NCBI GenBank assembly: GCA_963555985.3
Contig: OY820591.1
Coordinates: 864,001-928,000, forward strand
Source: Dehalococcoidia bacterium
Lineage (GTDB): Bacteria; Chloroflexota; Dehalococcoidia; Bin125
Reading direction: 5' to 3'
Length of the DNA: 64,000 nucleotides
Part shown: positions 1 to 8,734 of the stretch, piece by piece
Position numbering within the stretch: the first letter of the stretch is position 1
How the letters are laid out: each line of letters begins with the position of its first letter
The notes under the pieces: model-generated
Databases searched by the model: none
Told to the model about the DNA's origin: nothing
The model's input: the letters and a program-made list of their open reading frames with translations, nothing else
Position numbers and translations under genes: made by a program

Positions 1-57
1 CACCACGTACATCGGATCGCTCCGACCCTTGGCCGGGGAGATGTCGTGCCATTGGGG
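1..57. repeat. 57-bp direct repeat, copy 1 (duplicated 3' end of the methyltransferase gene; may extend beyond the window edge)
   Basis: 1-57 is identical to 1096-1152. The minus strand reads ...AFDPPQWHDISPAKGRSDPMYVV. Confidence 0.9.
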
Positions 58-243
58 TGGATCGAAGGCTGTCGCAATACATGAGCAGTCGTGAGCCGGT
101 GAAGGATTGGAACAGCGCTAGGCAGATTTCAGTGTCGAATGCAGACGTGACCGGCATCGAGTTCCGCCCGCCAGAGGGTCCGGGGTCGTTCTGCGGGTGA
201 GGGTTGGCCGCGCTATGCTGGGCGCTCAGCGGAGAGGATCCCG

Positions 244-573
244 ATGGCGACTCGGACGCGACGGGCGATGCGGAAGGCGGAGATGTCGCCTGAGGAGTTG
301 CGGTTCAGCCGTGAGTTGCGCGACGCCTGGCAGCGCAACTTCGACTACTGGAACCTTCACGTGTCTGACATCTATGAGGCGCGCCCGGAAGGGGCCTGGC
401 TTGCAGTCGTCTATGACGACGACCAGGTGCGCTATTTCGACGACATGCGGCCCATGTGCGAGTTTCTGGATTCGCTAGAGCCGTTGGTGAAACGCGCCGC
501 GGTGGATCGACCATTAGTGGACCGCGAAATCAACTGGGCAGTGTCGCCGTTGGTCCATGTGCCGATCCGATGA
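244..573 (+). CDS. small DUF5678-like protein, partner of a retropepsin-like protease
   Basis: GGAGAGG RBS; N-x-x-YW-x-x-H...G-x-WLAV pattern; ATGA overlap with the next gene. Confidence 0.6.
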   Translation: MATRTRRAMRKAEMSPEELRFSRELRDAWQRNFDYWNLHVSDIYEARPEGAWLAVVYDDDQVRYFDDMRPMCEFLDSLEPLVKRAAVDRPLVDREINWAVSPLVHVPIR

Positions 574-1079
574 CTGTGTTTCCGGGCGATTTTGAGGTGC
601 TCCACGGCGCTGGACAACCGATCGGGCAGGCTGCAATGGAGCGTCCCACTCTTCGTGCCGCCGTGACGTTGCTCGAAGTGGGCTACGGCCTGGGATTGGT
701 ACGTGGCGACGTTCGGTTCCTGATCGACAGTGGGGCTGACCGCACAGTGCTTCAACCGCGCGACGCGGAGCGTCTGTGCGGGGTTGGCTTGTTCGAGATT
801 GATTTCGACGCCGACCCGATGACCACCGGCTCACAAGGCATCGGCCAAGGTAGACAGGTGCAGATTGAACGAGAAGCGGAGATTGGGCTGTGGGATGAAG
901 ACGGACAGCTGTGGCCCTTTCAGTTAGGTATCCTGATTGCTCGACCCGATCCGCCACAGCGGGCCTTGCAGGGGAACTGGGGACTGCCCTCTCTGCTGGG
1001 GCGGGACGTCCTGGAGCACCTGGATCTCCACCTCTCCTACAATCCGCCGGCGGTCTATCTCAGCACTCCGGATCTGTAG
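570..1079 (+). CDS. retropepsin-like (clan AA) aspartyl protease
   Basis: FLIDSGADRT catalytic motif and LLGRDVL motif; ATG at 570 overlaps the upstream stop. Confidence 0.8.
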   Translation: MTVFPGDFEVLHGAGQPIGQAAMERPTLRAAVTLLEVGYGLGLVRGDVRFLIDSGADRTVLQPRDAERLCGVGLFEIDFDADPMTTGSQGIGQGRQVQIEREAEIGLWDEDGQLWPFQLGILIARPDPPQRALQGNWGLPSLLGRDVLEHLDLHLSYNPPAVYLSTPDL

Positions 1080-1716
1080 CGGGCGTCCGCGACTGCACCA
1101 CGTACATCGGATCGCTCCGACCCTTGGCCGGGGAGATGTCGTGCCATTGGGGCGCCTCGAACGCTCCCGAGTAGTGGAAGTAGGCGCCGACTTGTTGGAT
1201 GTGGCCTTCGTCGCCCATGCCCTGCCAGAGCCAGACGGCTTTGGTCGGGAAGCAGCGGTTGCTGAAGCTAACGATGCAGCCGCCGCCGGGCCGGAGGACG
1301 CGGGCGAGGTCGCGGAAGACCTCCAGCGGGCGGGTCAGGTACTGGACCGAGACGGCGATCGTGACAACATCGAACTCGTCGTCGCCGTAGGGCAGGACGG
1401 GGTTGGCGTTGAGGTCGTGGACGACCCACTCGGTCAGCTGGGGGTTCTCTGCCAGCTCCTCGGCGTTCATGCCGAGGCCGGCGACGCGCTCGGATTCGAG
1501 GTCGTCGGGGTAGTGCGAGACCCAGGACGACATCAGGTCGAGCAGGCGGCCTTGCTTGGGCAGAAATTTCGAGTAGTGCTCGCGCAATGCTGCGATGGCC
1601 GCGTCGTCGATGTGGGTGACAAGGCGCGGGAGTTCGTAGAAACGGGCGTCGTCGGACTCGTCGACGCGGCGGAAGTGGGCGTCTTCGAAGGGGGGATCGT
1701 CGGGTTGGTCGGGCAT
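1060..1716 (-). CDS. class I SAM-dependent methyltransferase (type 11)
   Basis: DESDDARFY..PRLVTHID, LDLMSSWVSH, SVQYLTRP and FSNRCFPTKAV motifs. Confidence 0.85.
   Translation of the reverse strand: MPDQPDDPPFEDAHFRRVDESDDARFYELPRLVTHIDDAAIAALREHYSKFLPKQGRLLDLMSSWVSHYPDDLESERVAGLGMNAEELAENPQLTEWVVHDLNANPVLPYGDDEFDVVTIAVSVQYLTRPLEVFRDLARVLRPGGGCIVSFSNRCFPTKAVWLWQGMGDEGHIQQVGAYFHYSGAFEAPQWHDISPAKGRSDPMYVVQSRTPATDPEC
1096..1152. repeat. 57-bp direct repeat, copy 2 (within the methyltransferase 3' end)
   Basis: identical to 1-57. Confidence 0.9.
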
Positions 1717-1720
1717 GGGG

Positions 1721-1841
1721 CCCTCACCCCCCGCTTTCGCGGGGGCAGGCTCTAACCCTCTCCCTCAGGGAGAGGGGATGGACGCTCCCAGTCCTGCTTC
1801 CGCTCCCTCTCCCCCCCCTGGGAGAGGGCTGGGGTGAGGGA
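1721..1841. repeat. palindromic REP/MITE-like element (CCCTCACCC...CCCTCTCCC/GGGAGAGGG) with a nested CAGGCT hairpin
   Basis: inverted CCCTCACC / GGGTGAGGG ends, internal CCCTCTCCC..GGGAGAGGG hairpins, insert at 1729-1751. Confidence 0.75.
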
Positions 1842-1846
1842 TTCGC

Positions 1847-2044
1847 TTAGAACTTGGGCGGCTTGGGCAGGATGTAGCCGGCGGTGAGTCCGATCAGGAT
1901 CGCGGCTAGGGCGATCCCGATCGCGATGGCCACGATCTGTCCAGCGTGGAGTCCGCCGCCGCCCTCGCCGCCGGCGGCCATCGCCGCGCCGCCCAGGAGG
2001 ACGGCGGCGATCAGCGCCAGTGCGACGGTTGTGGTGCGCAACAT
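1847..2044 (-). CDS. small membrane protein
   Basis: two hydrophobic segments; GGAGG RBS. Confidence 0.6.
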   Translation of the reverse strand: MLRTTTVALALIAAVLLGGAAMAAGGEGGGGLHAGQIVAIAIGIALAAILIGLTAGYILPKPPKF

Positions 2045-2060
2045 GCGCCTGATCCTCCGA

Positions 2061-2507
2061 CTAGAAGGGGTTCAGGATTTGGGCGGCGTGGTCGGCCAGA
2101 TGCCAGGTGGCCATGGCCATCAGCGCGCCTACGGGCGCGGCCGCCATGCCCTCGCCGCCAGCCGACTTGCCCAGTTCCTCGTCCTGGACGTAGTTGACCT
2201 TGGAGTCGAACGCCGCGGCGATGGCGTCGAGCGCGGCTAGCGCGTCGGCGGGGTCGGCGAAGTCGGTGCTGGCCAGCGGGTTGTCGGGGCCGTCGTAGCC
2301 GCAGGCGGCGCAGATGCCGTTGGCGAACATCATCTCGGCCGGGATCACGTGTTCGGCGACCTGTCGCGGCGACCAGCCGGCCTCGCCGTCGTCAGCCGTG
2401 CCTTTGGCCGTTTCCCAGTTGCCGTGTGCGGCGGAGCCGGCGATTGCGACTTTGAGCGCGGCGCGGGCGCCAGAGATTCCGGCGCGCAATTCATCTGCTT
2501 GTGACAT
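2061..2507 (-). CDS. DinB/YfiT-family protein
   Basis: WSPRQVAEHV and HLADHAAQI His motifs. Confidence 0.75.
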   Translation of the reverse strand: MSQADELRAGISGARAALKVAIAGSAAHGNWETAKGTADDGEAGWSPRQVAEHVIPAEMMFANGICAACGYDGPDNPLASTDFADPADALAALDAIAAAFDSKVNYVQDEELGKSAGGEGMAAAPVGALMAMATWHLADHAAQILNPF

Positions 2508-2632
2508 CACTTCTCCTGTGCGGTCTGTCGCCGACCTCGCGGGTCGGATCTGGGTCGGTCGGCTACAGGCAGCATAGGGCAGCCGCCGACTATTCTGAGC
2601 CGACGACGGCGATGTAGCGGGAGGAATCGGTC

Positions 2633-3685
2633 ATGGCGTTCGGAATCGGACTGATCGGCGCGGGCGGCAATCAGAAGCTGCGGCATATTCCGGGCTTCCG
2701 CGCGATCAACGACGTGGAGGTGGTCAGCCTCGTCAACCGCTCGCGCGCCAGCGGCGAGGCGGCGGCAGCCGAGTTCGGGATTCCCAAGGTCTGCGATTCG
2801 GTCGAGGAACTGTTGGCCGACCAGGCGGTGGATGCGGTCTCGATTGGCACGTGGCCGTACAAACATCTCGAGTACACGCGGGCGGCGCTGGAGGCGGGCA
2901 AACACGTGCTCTGCGAGGCGCGCATGGCCTGCGACGCGGACGAGGCTGAGCAGATGCTGGCGCTCGACCGCGCTTACCCTGATCTGGTTTGTCAGCTGGT
3001 GCCGGCGCCGTTCGACTTCCGGCTGGGGCCGACGATCACGCGGATGTGCGGCGACGGCTCGCTGGGCGCGATTCTGGAGGTGCATCTGACGCTGCTCAAC
3101 GGCGGCGGTCTGGACGAGTCCGCGCCGCTGCACTGGCGGCATCGGAGCGACTACTCGGGTAAGAACATGATGCAGCTGGGCATCTTCAACGAGACGATCC
3201 AACGCTGGCTGGGCGACACCGCGCGGGTCACGGCGCACGCGCGGACGTTCGTCCCCTCGCGCATCGATCCTGAGTCGGGCGAGCGCTACGAGATTGTGAT
3301 TCCCGACTCGCTGGGGATTTTCGCAGATATGGCGAACGGGGCGCGCTGCACGTACCGGGTGAGCGCTGTGACAGCGGGTGCACCGCCTCCGCCCACGATC
3401 GATATCTACGGCACGGAGGGACGTCTGCACTGGCGAATGGGTCCCACCAACGGCGACACGGCGCAGTGGGGCAAGCACGGGGAGGAGCTGGAGGCGCTCA
3501 ATCCGGATCCGGGTACCTCGCACGACTGGCTGGTGGAGTACGACTTCATGCGCAGCGTGCGAGAGGGCGCGCCGGTGACGCTGACGAATTTTGAGGATGG
3601 GGTGCGCTATATGCGCTTTACGGATGCGGTCTGGGAGTCGTGGAATTCTGGCGAGAGCCGCGACATCGAACCGCTGGCTGATTAG
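2633..3685 (+). CDS. Gfo/Idh/MocA oxidoreductase
   Basis: GLIGAGG Rossmann motif; AGKHVLCEARM. Confidence 0.85.
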   Translation: MAFGIGLIGAGGNQKLRHIPGFRAINDVEVVSLVNRSRASGEAAAAEFGIPKVCDSVEELLADQAVDAVSIGTWPYKHLEYTRAALEAGKHVLCEARMACDADEAEQMLALDRAYPDLVCQLVPAPFDFRLGPTITRMCGDGSLGAILEVHLTLLNGGGLDESAPLHWRHRSDYSGKNMMQLGIFNETIQRWLGDTARVTAHARTFVPSRIDPESGERYEIVIPDSLGIFADMANGARCTYRVSAVTAGAPPPPTIDIYGTEGRLHWRMGPTNGDTAQWGKHGEELEALNPDPGTSHDWLVEYDFMRSVREGAPVTLTNFEDGVRYMRFTDAVWESWNSGESRDIEPLAD

Positions 3686-3694
3686 GGAGAGAGC

Positions 3695-4630
3695 ATGGCG
3701 CGGATCGTTTCGCTACTGCCCAGCGCGACCGAGATCGTCTGCGCCCTCGGCGCTGGGGGCAATCTGGTCGGCCGCTCGCACGAGTGCGACTTTCCGGCTG
3801 AGATGCAGAGCCTACCGGTGCTGACCAGTCCCAGGTTCGTTCCCGCCGCGAGCAGCGGCGCGATCGATCGTCAGGTGCGCGAACTGGCGCTGGAAGCACG
3901 GGCCGAGGATGCACTCGGCGTCTACGCGATCGAGATGGACCTGCTGCAAGAGCTTGCGCCGACGCACATTGTGACGCAGACGCAGTGCGAGGTCTGCGCC
4001 GTGAGCCTGCGCGACGTAGAACGAGCCGTCGAACAACTGACGGGCTTCAACACATCGGTGATTCCGCTGGCGCCGAACTCGCTGTCCGACATCTGGGACG
4101 ACATTCAACGCACTGCCGACGCGCTGGGCATCGGAGAGCGCGGCAGCGCGCTCGTTGTAGCGCTGCGGCGCCGAATGGATCGGGTGTCGGCGACCTCAAG
4201 CGCTCCTCGGGTTGCGGTCGTCGAGTGGGCTGATCCGCTGATGACGGCGGGGCACTGGACGATGGAGTTGGTCGAGCGCGCCGGCGGCGTGCCGGTGATC
4301 GGTCAACCACGGGGAGCGTCGTTGCGCTTCGAGATGTCCGAGCTGGCCACAGCCGATCCCGACGTGATCATTGTCGCGCCGTGCGGCTACGACCTCGCCA
4401 GGACGCGGGAAGATGCGGAACTTCTTCATGAACGCGAAGACTGGCGACGGTTGCGGGCTGTGCGCAAGGGTCGAGTAGCGCTGATCGATGGAAATCAGTA
4501 CGTCAATCGTCCGGGTCCGCGGGTCGTGGAGACGCTGGAGATCATCGCCGAGATCATCAATCCCGACATCGCAGAGCGTCGGCACGAGGGCATCGGCTGG
4601 GAACGCTTTGCCACCGCCGTTAGGGACTAG
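3695..4630 (+). CDS. cobalamin/Fe-siderophore-type binding protein (BtuF-like), no signal peptide
   Basis: RIVSLLPSATEIV, VGRSHECDFP, NRPGPRVVE. Confidence 0.8.
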   Translation: MARIVSLLPSATEIVCALGAGGNLVGRSHECDFPAEMQSLPVLTSPRFVPAASSGAIDRQVRELALEARAEDALGVYAIEMDLLQELAPTHIVTQTQCEVCAVSLRDVERAVEQLTGFNTSVIPLAPNSLSDIWDDIQRTADALGIGERGSALVVALRRRMDRVSATSSAPRVAVVEWADPLMTAGHWTMELVERAGGVPVIGQPRGASLRFEMSELATADPDVIIVAPCGYDLARTREDAELLHEREDWRRLRAVRKGRVALIDGNQYVNRPGPRVVETLEIIAEIINPDIAERRHEGIGWERFATAVRD

Positions 4631-4699
4631 GGATCGGAGAGCAGCGGCGAGACTTGGGAGATCGAGCCGTTGGTGAAATGAGGAAGGCCTGGGTACCTC

Positions 4700-5512
4700 A
4701 TGCCCTTAGACGAGCAGTCCACGAAGATCGAACTGATCGGGCCAGCGCTTGAAGCGCGCGGTTGGACACTGTCGCTGGTTGCCCAGGAGGTCAAGACGGG
4801 TCGCGTCTCTCTCGCTGGGGAGTGGTCTGCTGGGACAGCCGACTATGTGCTGTCGGTGGTCATTGACGGTCAGAAGATGCCTGCCGCAGTCTTGGAAGCC
4901 AAGGCAGTCCACAGGGATCCGAAAGTAGGCGCTGGGCAAGCTCGTGACTATGCCCGTTCGATCAAGGCACCGTTCGCGTTTGCGACAAATGGCCATGCTT
5001 TCGTTGAAGTCGACAGCGAGGGAAACCCGGGATCGCAGGAACCGCTTGAGCAATTCCCAACGTCCAGTGAGCTCAAGCAGCGTCATCCGATACAGCAAGA
5101 GCAAGAGCTACAGCGACAGAAGGAACGCGAAGAGAAGGAACGCCGTGAGCGGCAGCGGCAGGAGCGCGAACGCGAGGCAAGGCGGCGCGAAGAGGAAGCG
5201 AAGAAGCGGCGAGTGAGTGCGGCGACACAGCAGCGCGCTCAGGAGAACCACAATCTGGTTGAGCAGGCAAAACAGGACTACTTTTGGGCAGTCGACAAGG
5301 GGTATCGATGGGCTGCGGCACAAGCCGCACTGCGCCTAAAGGACGCTGATGTAGATGTCGCTGATCTACGCCCAAAGGACGCTGATGTAGATGTCCCTGA
5401 CCTGCACCCAAAGGACGCTGATGTCGATGCCGCTGACCCGTGGATTCAGGCCGAGGAGAAGCCGAGTAGAACCGGCGTGTTTAGGTTTCTCAAGCGGTTG
5501 TTTAACCGCTAA
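4700..5512 (+). CDS. stand-alone HsdR-N-like (PD-(D/E)xK) nuclease domain with coiled coil, repeats and an amphipathic tail
   Basis: ADYVL...VLEAK, QARDYA and FATNG motifs; no helicase motifs. Confidence 0.7.
   Translation: MPLDEQSTKIELIGPALEARGWTLSLVAQEVKTGRVSLAGEWSAGTADYVLSVVIDGQKMPAAVLEAKAVHRDPKVGAGQARDYARSIKAPFAFATNGHAFVEVDSEGNPGSQEPLEQFPTSSELKQRHPIQQEQELQRQKEREEKERRERQRQEREREARRREEEAKKRRVSAATQQRAQENHNLVEQAKQDYFWAVDKGYRWAAAQAALRLKDADVDVADLRPKDADVDVPDLHPKDADVDAADPWIQAEEKPSRTGVFRFLKRLFNR
5338..5437 (+). repeat. 36-bp tandem repeat, about 2.8 copies (KDADVDVxDLxP)
   Basis: AAAGGACGCTGATGT at 5338, 5374 and 5410. Confidence 0.9.
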
Positions 5513-6462
5513 AGGTCTGACAGCCAGTCCACGAGGATGCGGTTGAGTTCCTCCGGTTCTTCCTGCTGGGTCCAGTGGCCGCATTCTTCGATGTGGCCTC
5601 GACTGAGGTTGGGGATCCACTCCTCCATGCCCTCCGACATTGAGGGGAGCAGGACGCCGTCTTTGCCGGCGGTGACCATCAGCGCGGGCTGGGCGATGTC
5701 CTGGCCGTCGACGGCTGCGCCCCATTCCCAGTTGCGGCCGTGGTTGCGGTACCAGTTCAGGCCGCCGCGGAAGCCAGTGCGCTCGAAGGCGCTGACGAAG
5801 GTTTGCAGGTCCGCCTCGGTCAACATGATCGAGCGTTCGGCGTCGTCGGGCAGGCCGACGAGCAATCCGCCGCGATCGCGGACGCCGGAAGTCATGCCGA
5901 TCACGTCGAGGCGGTCTTCGGGCTTGGAGGTGCGCAGCATCAGGGTCATGGTGCGGCGCACGTTGCCGCCGAGTTCGGCCTCGGCCACGCCTTCGTCCTG
6001 GAAGTAGAGCTGGTAATCGAAACGGCCCGGGGCCATCTTCATAGCGTCGAGCGGGTTGATCGGCGGGCGGCGTCCGGCGGGGGTGTTGATCCCGGCGACG
6101 GCGTTGCAGCGCGTGGGGTGATGCTGGGCCATGTTCCAGACGACCGCGCCGCCCCAGTCGTGGCCGACGAAGACGGCGCTGTCGATTTCCAAGGCGTCGA
6201 GCAGGGCGACCATGTCGGCGCAGATCAGTTCCTGGGTGTAGTCCTCGGCGTTGGGCGGAGCGTCGGTGTCGCCGTAGCCGCGCATGTCAGGAGCGATGGC
6301 GCGGAATCCGGCCTCGGCGACGGCAGGGAGTTGGTGCCGCCAGGAGTACCAGAGCTCGGGGAAGCCGTGGCAGAAGACGACGGCGGGTCCGGAACCGGCC
6401 TCGGCGATGTGCATGTTGATGCCGGTGGAGAGTGCGATCGTGGAGTGGGAGACGTCGGTCAT
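5509..6462 (-). CDS. epoxide hydrolase-like alpha/beta hydrolase
   Basis: HGFPELWYSWRHQ, GHDWGG, GHWTQQE. Confidence 0.9.
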   Translation of the reverse strand: MTDVSHSTIALSTGINMHIAEAGSGPAVVFCHGFPELWYSWRHQLPAVAEAGFRAIAPDMRGYGDTDAPPNAEDYTQELICADMVALLDALEIDSAVFVGHDWGGAVVWNMAQHHPTRCNAVAGINTPAGRRPPINPLDAMKMAPGRFDYQLYFQDEGVAEAELGGNVRRTMTLMLRTSKPEDRLDVIGMTSGVRDRGGLLVGLPDDAERSIMLTEADLQTFVSAFERTGFRGGLNWYRNHGRNWEWGAAVDGQDIAQPALMVTAGKDGVLLPSMSEGMEEWIPNLSRGHIEECGHWTQQEEPEELNRILVDWLSDL

Positions 6463-6546
6463 GTGGCAACACTTTCTGTGTCCTGCGTCAGCGGCTTTAC
6501 CTTAGCGTGAGGTAGTCGTGGAGCAGGTGCAACGGAGACTGAATCG

Positions 6547-8529
6547 ATGAGCATCGAGACGCCGAATTGGGCCGAAACGACTGCCGACGATATTCGAAGG
6601 GGCGTTTCGGAGGCGATTCGCAGGGCGGAGCAACTGGCTGACGAGCTCGCGGCCGTGCCCGACGGGCGGCGCAGTTTTGAGAACACGGTGCTTCCGCTCG
6701 ACGAAATCTCCAATGTGATCGGGCAGGCTTCGGGCGCGTTCGGATTTCTCTCTCAAGTGTCGGACGATCCCGAACTGAGATCGGTCGCGCACGCTGAAGA
6801 AGAGCGGCTGGATGTCTTTGCCACCAGTCTGGGCTTCCGTGAGCCGATCGATCGGGCGCTGAAGGCGTATGCGCAGCGGGCGGAGTTGGAGGCGTTGCCC
6901 GACGACGCGCGGCGGCTGCTGGAGTTTGCTCTGCGCGATTACCGCCGCAACGGTTTCGGACTGCCGCAGACGGAACGCGACGTATTGCAGCAGTTACATG
7001 AGCGGCTGGTTGGCTTGGGGATTCGTTTCCGGCGGCAGATCGACGAATACGAGGATGCGATCGAGGTCTCGCGTGAGGAACTGTCCGGGCTGCCGGATGG
7101 GTACATCAATCGCTTGCAGACAGTTGAGGCGAACGGGTCGACGCGGTATCGGGTGTCGCTCGACTATCCGGAATTGCATCCGTTTCTCGACAGCGCCGAT
7201 GACGCAGAGCGTCGGCGCGAGTTGTTCTTCAAGAACCACAACAAGGCGGCAGATCAGAACATCGCGCTGTTGGAAGAGGCGATTGGCGTTCGGGATGAGA
7301 TCGCGCGGCGGTTGGGATACGAGTCGTGGGCTGCCTACGTGCTCGAGATTCGGATGGCGAAACAGCCGGACGCAGTGCTGGAATTCCTAGTTGATCTGGG
7401 GCAGCGGCTGGCAGGGAAGCTGGGCGATGATCTCTCTGCGCTTGCCGATGAACAGGAGCGGCGTACCGGAATGAGTAGCGCTGTCGGAATTGCTGACTGG
7501 CGCTACTACACCAATCGCGTAATCCAGCGCGAGTACCAGGTGGATCCGTTCGCAGTGGCGTCGTATTTTCCGCTTGAGACGGTGCTGGAGGGAATGTTCG
7601 ACATCTATCAGCGTCTGGTCGGGGTGCGTTTCGAGCCGCGAACAGAGGCGTCCACGACCGCCTGGCATCCCGACGCGCTGCCCTACGACATCGTTGATGC
7701 GGAGTCGGGCGAGGCGCTGGCGCGGTTCTACATGGACCTGCATCCGCGGCCGGGCAAGTTCGGCCACGCGGCCGCGTTCACGCTGCGCGGCGGACGGCGG
7801 CTGTCGGGCGATGCCGGCTATCAGCAGCCGGTGTCGGCGATCGTGGCCAATTTCACTCGGCCCGGCGCGGACTCGCCCTCGCTCCTGCGGCACAGCGAGG
7901 TGGTCACGCTCTTTCACGAGTTCGGGCACATTTTGCACCAGACGCTGACGCAGGCTCAGTACACGCGATTTTCAGGCACTCGGGTAGAGCGCGACTTCGT
8001 CGAAGCTCCCTCGCAGATGCTTGAGCATTGGTGCTGGCAGCCGTCGATGCTGCGGAGCTTCAGCCGCCACTACGAGACTGGCGATCCGCTGCCAGGCGAC
8101 CTGATCGAGCGGATGATCGAGTCGCGGTTCGTGTCGAGCGGGATTGCGACGCTGCGCCAGATCTACTTCTCGCGCTTGGACATGGCCTATCACGGACCCG
8201 GCGCGCAGAAAGACACTGACGCCATCGCTCGTGAGCTGCACCCGCTCACGGGGTTTCCGTTCCCCGAGGACACGCACTTCCAAGCCGGCTTCGGCCACCT
8301 CTTCGGGTACGACGCGGGCTACTACGGCTACCTCTGGAGCCGTGTCTTCGGCGACGACATGTTTACGCGGTTCGAGGAACCGGGCGCGTCAGTGGCGGCT
8401 GTAGGTCGGGAGTACCGCACAGGCATCCTCGAGCTGGGCGGGACGAAGGACGCCGAGGAATTGGTCAAGAGCTTCCTCGGTCGGGAGCCGAACGCGGATG
8501 CGTTTCTGCGCGAGCTGGGGCTGAGCTAA
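6547..8529 (+). CDS. M3-family Zn oligopeptidase (thimet-like)
   Basis: HEFGH, DFVEAPSQMLE, YYGYLWS. Confidence 0.92.
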   Translation: MSIETPNWAETTADDIRRGVSEAIRRAEQLADELAAVPDGRRSFENTVLPLDEISNVIGQASGAFGFLSQVSDDPELRSVAHAEEERLDVFATSLGFREPIDRALKAYAQRAELEALPDDARRLLEFALRDYRRNGFGLPQTERDVLQQLHERLVGLGIRFRRQIDEYEDAIEVSREELSGLPDGYINRLQTVEANGSTRYRVSLDYPELHPFLDSADDAERRRELFFKNHNKAADQNIALLEEAIGVRDEIARRLGYESWAAYVLEIRMAKQPDAVLEFLVDLGQRLAGKLGDDLSALADEQERRTGMSSAVGIADWRYYTNRVIQREYQVDPFAVASYFPLETVLEGMFDIYQRLVGVRFEPRTEASTTAWHPDALPYDIVDAESGEALARFYMDLHPRPGKFGHAAAFTLRGGRRLSGDAGYQQPVSAIVANFTRPGADSPSLLRHSEVVTLFHEFGHILHQTLTQAQYTRFSGTRVERDFVEAPSQMLEHWCWQPSMLRSFSRHYETGDPLPGDLIERMIESRFVSSGIATLRQIYFSRLDMAYHGPGAQKDTDAIARELHPLTGFPFPEDTHFQAGFGHLFGYDAGYYGYLWSRVFGDDMFTRFEEPGASVAAVGREYRTGILELGGTKDAEELVKSFLGREPNADAFLRELGLS

Positions 8530-8734
8530 CTGCTCAACGCTGAGCATTCCGCAGTCAGACTCCGATTACGGGCAACGAGCGCACTGAGCTTCGTGCCTCC
8601 GCTCAAGCCGTCACCTGTCAGCGGGTACACTGCTCATGTCTCTGCGTTGGGGCAGTCCAGGCTCCCGCCTTGAGACGTGCGAGCGAGACTTCACGCCGCG
8701 GCGCTGCCGTGTGTTCAGCCGAGGAGCGATGACC

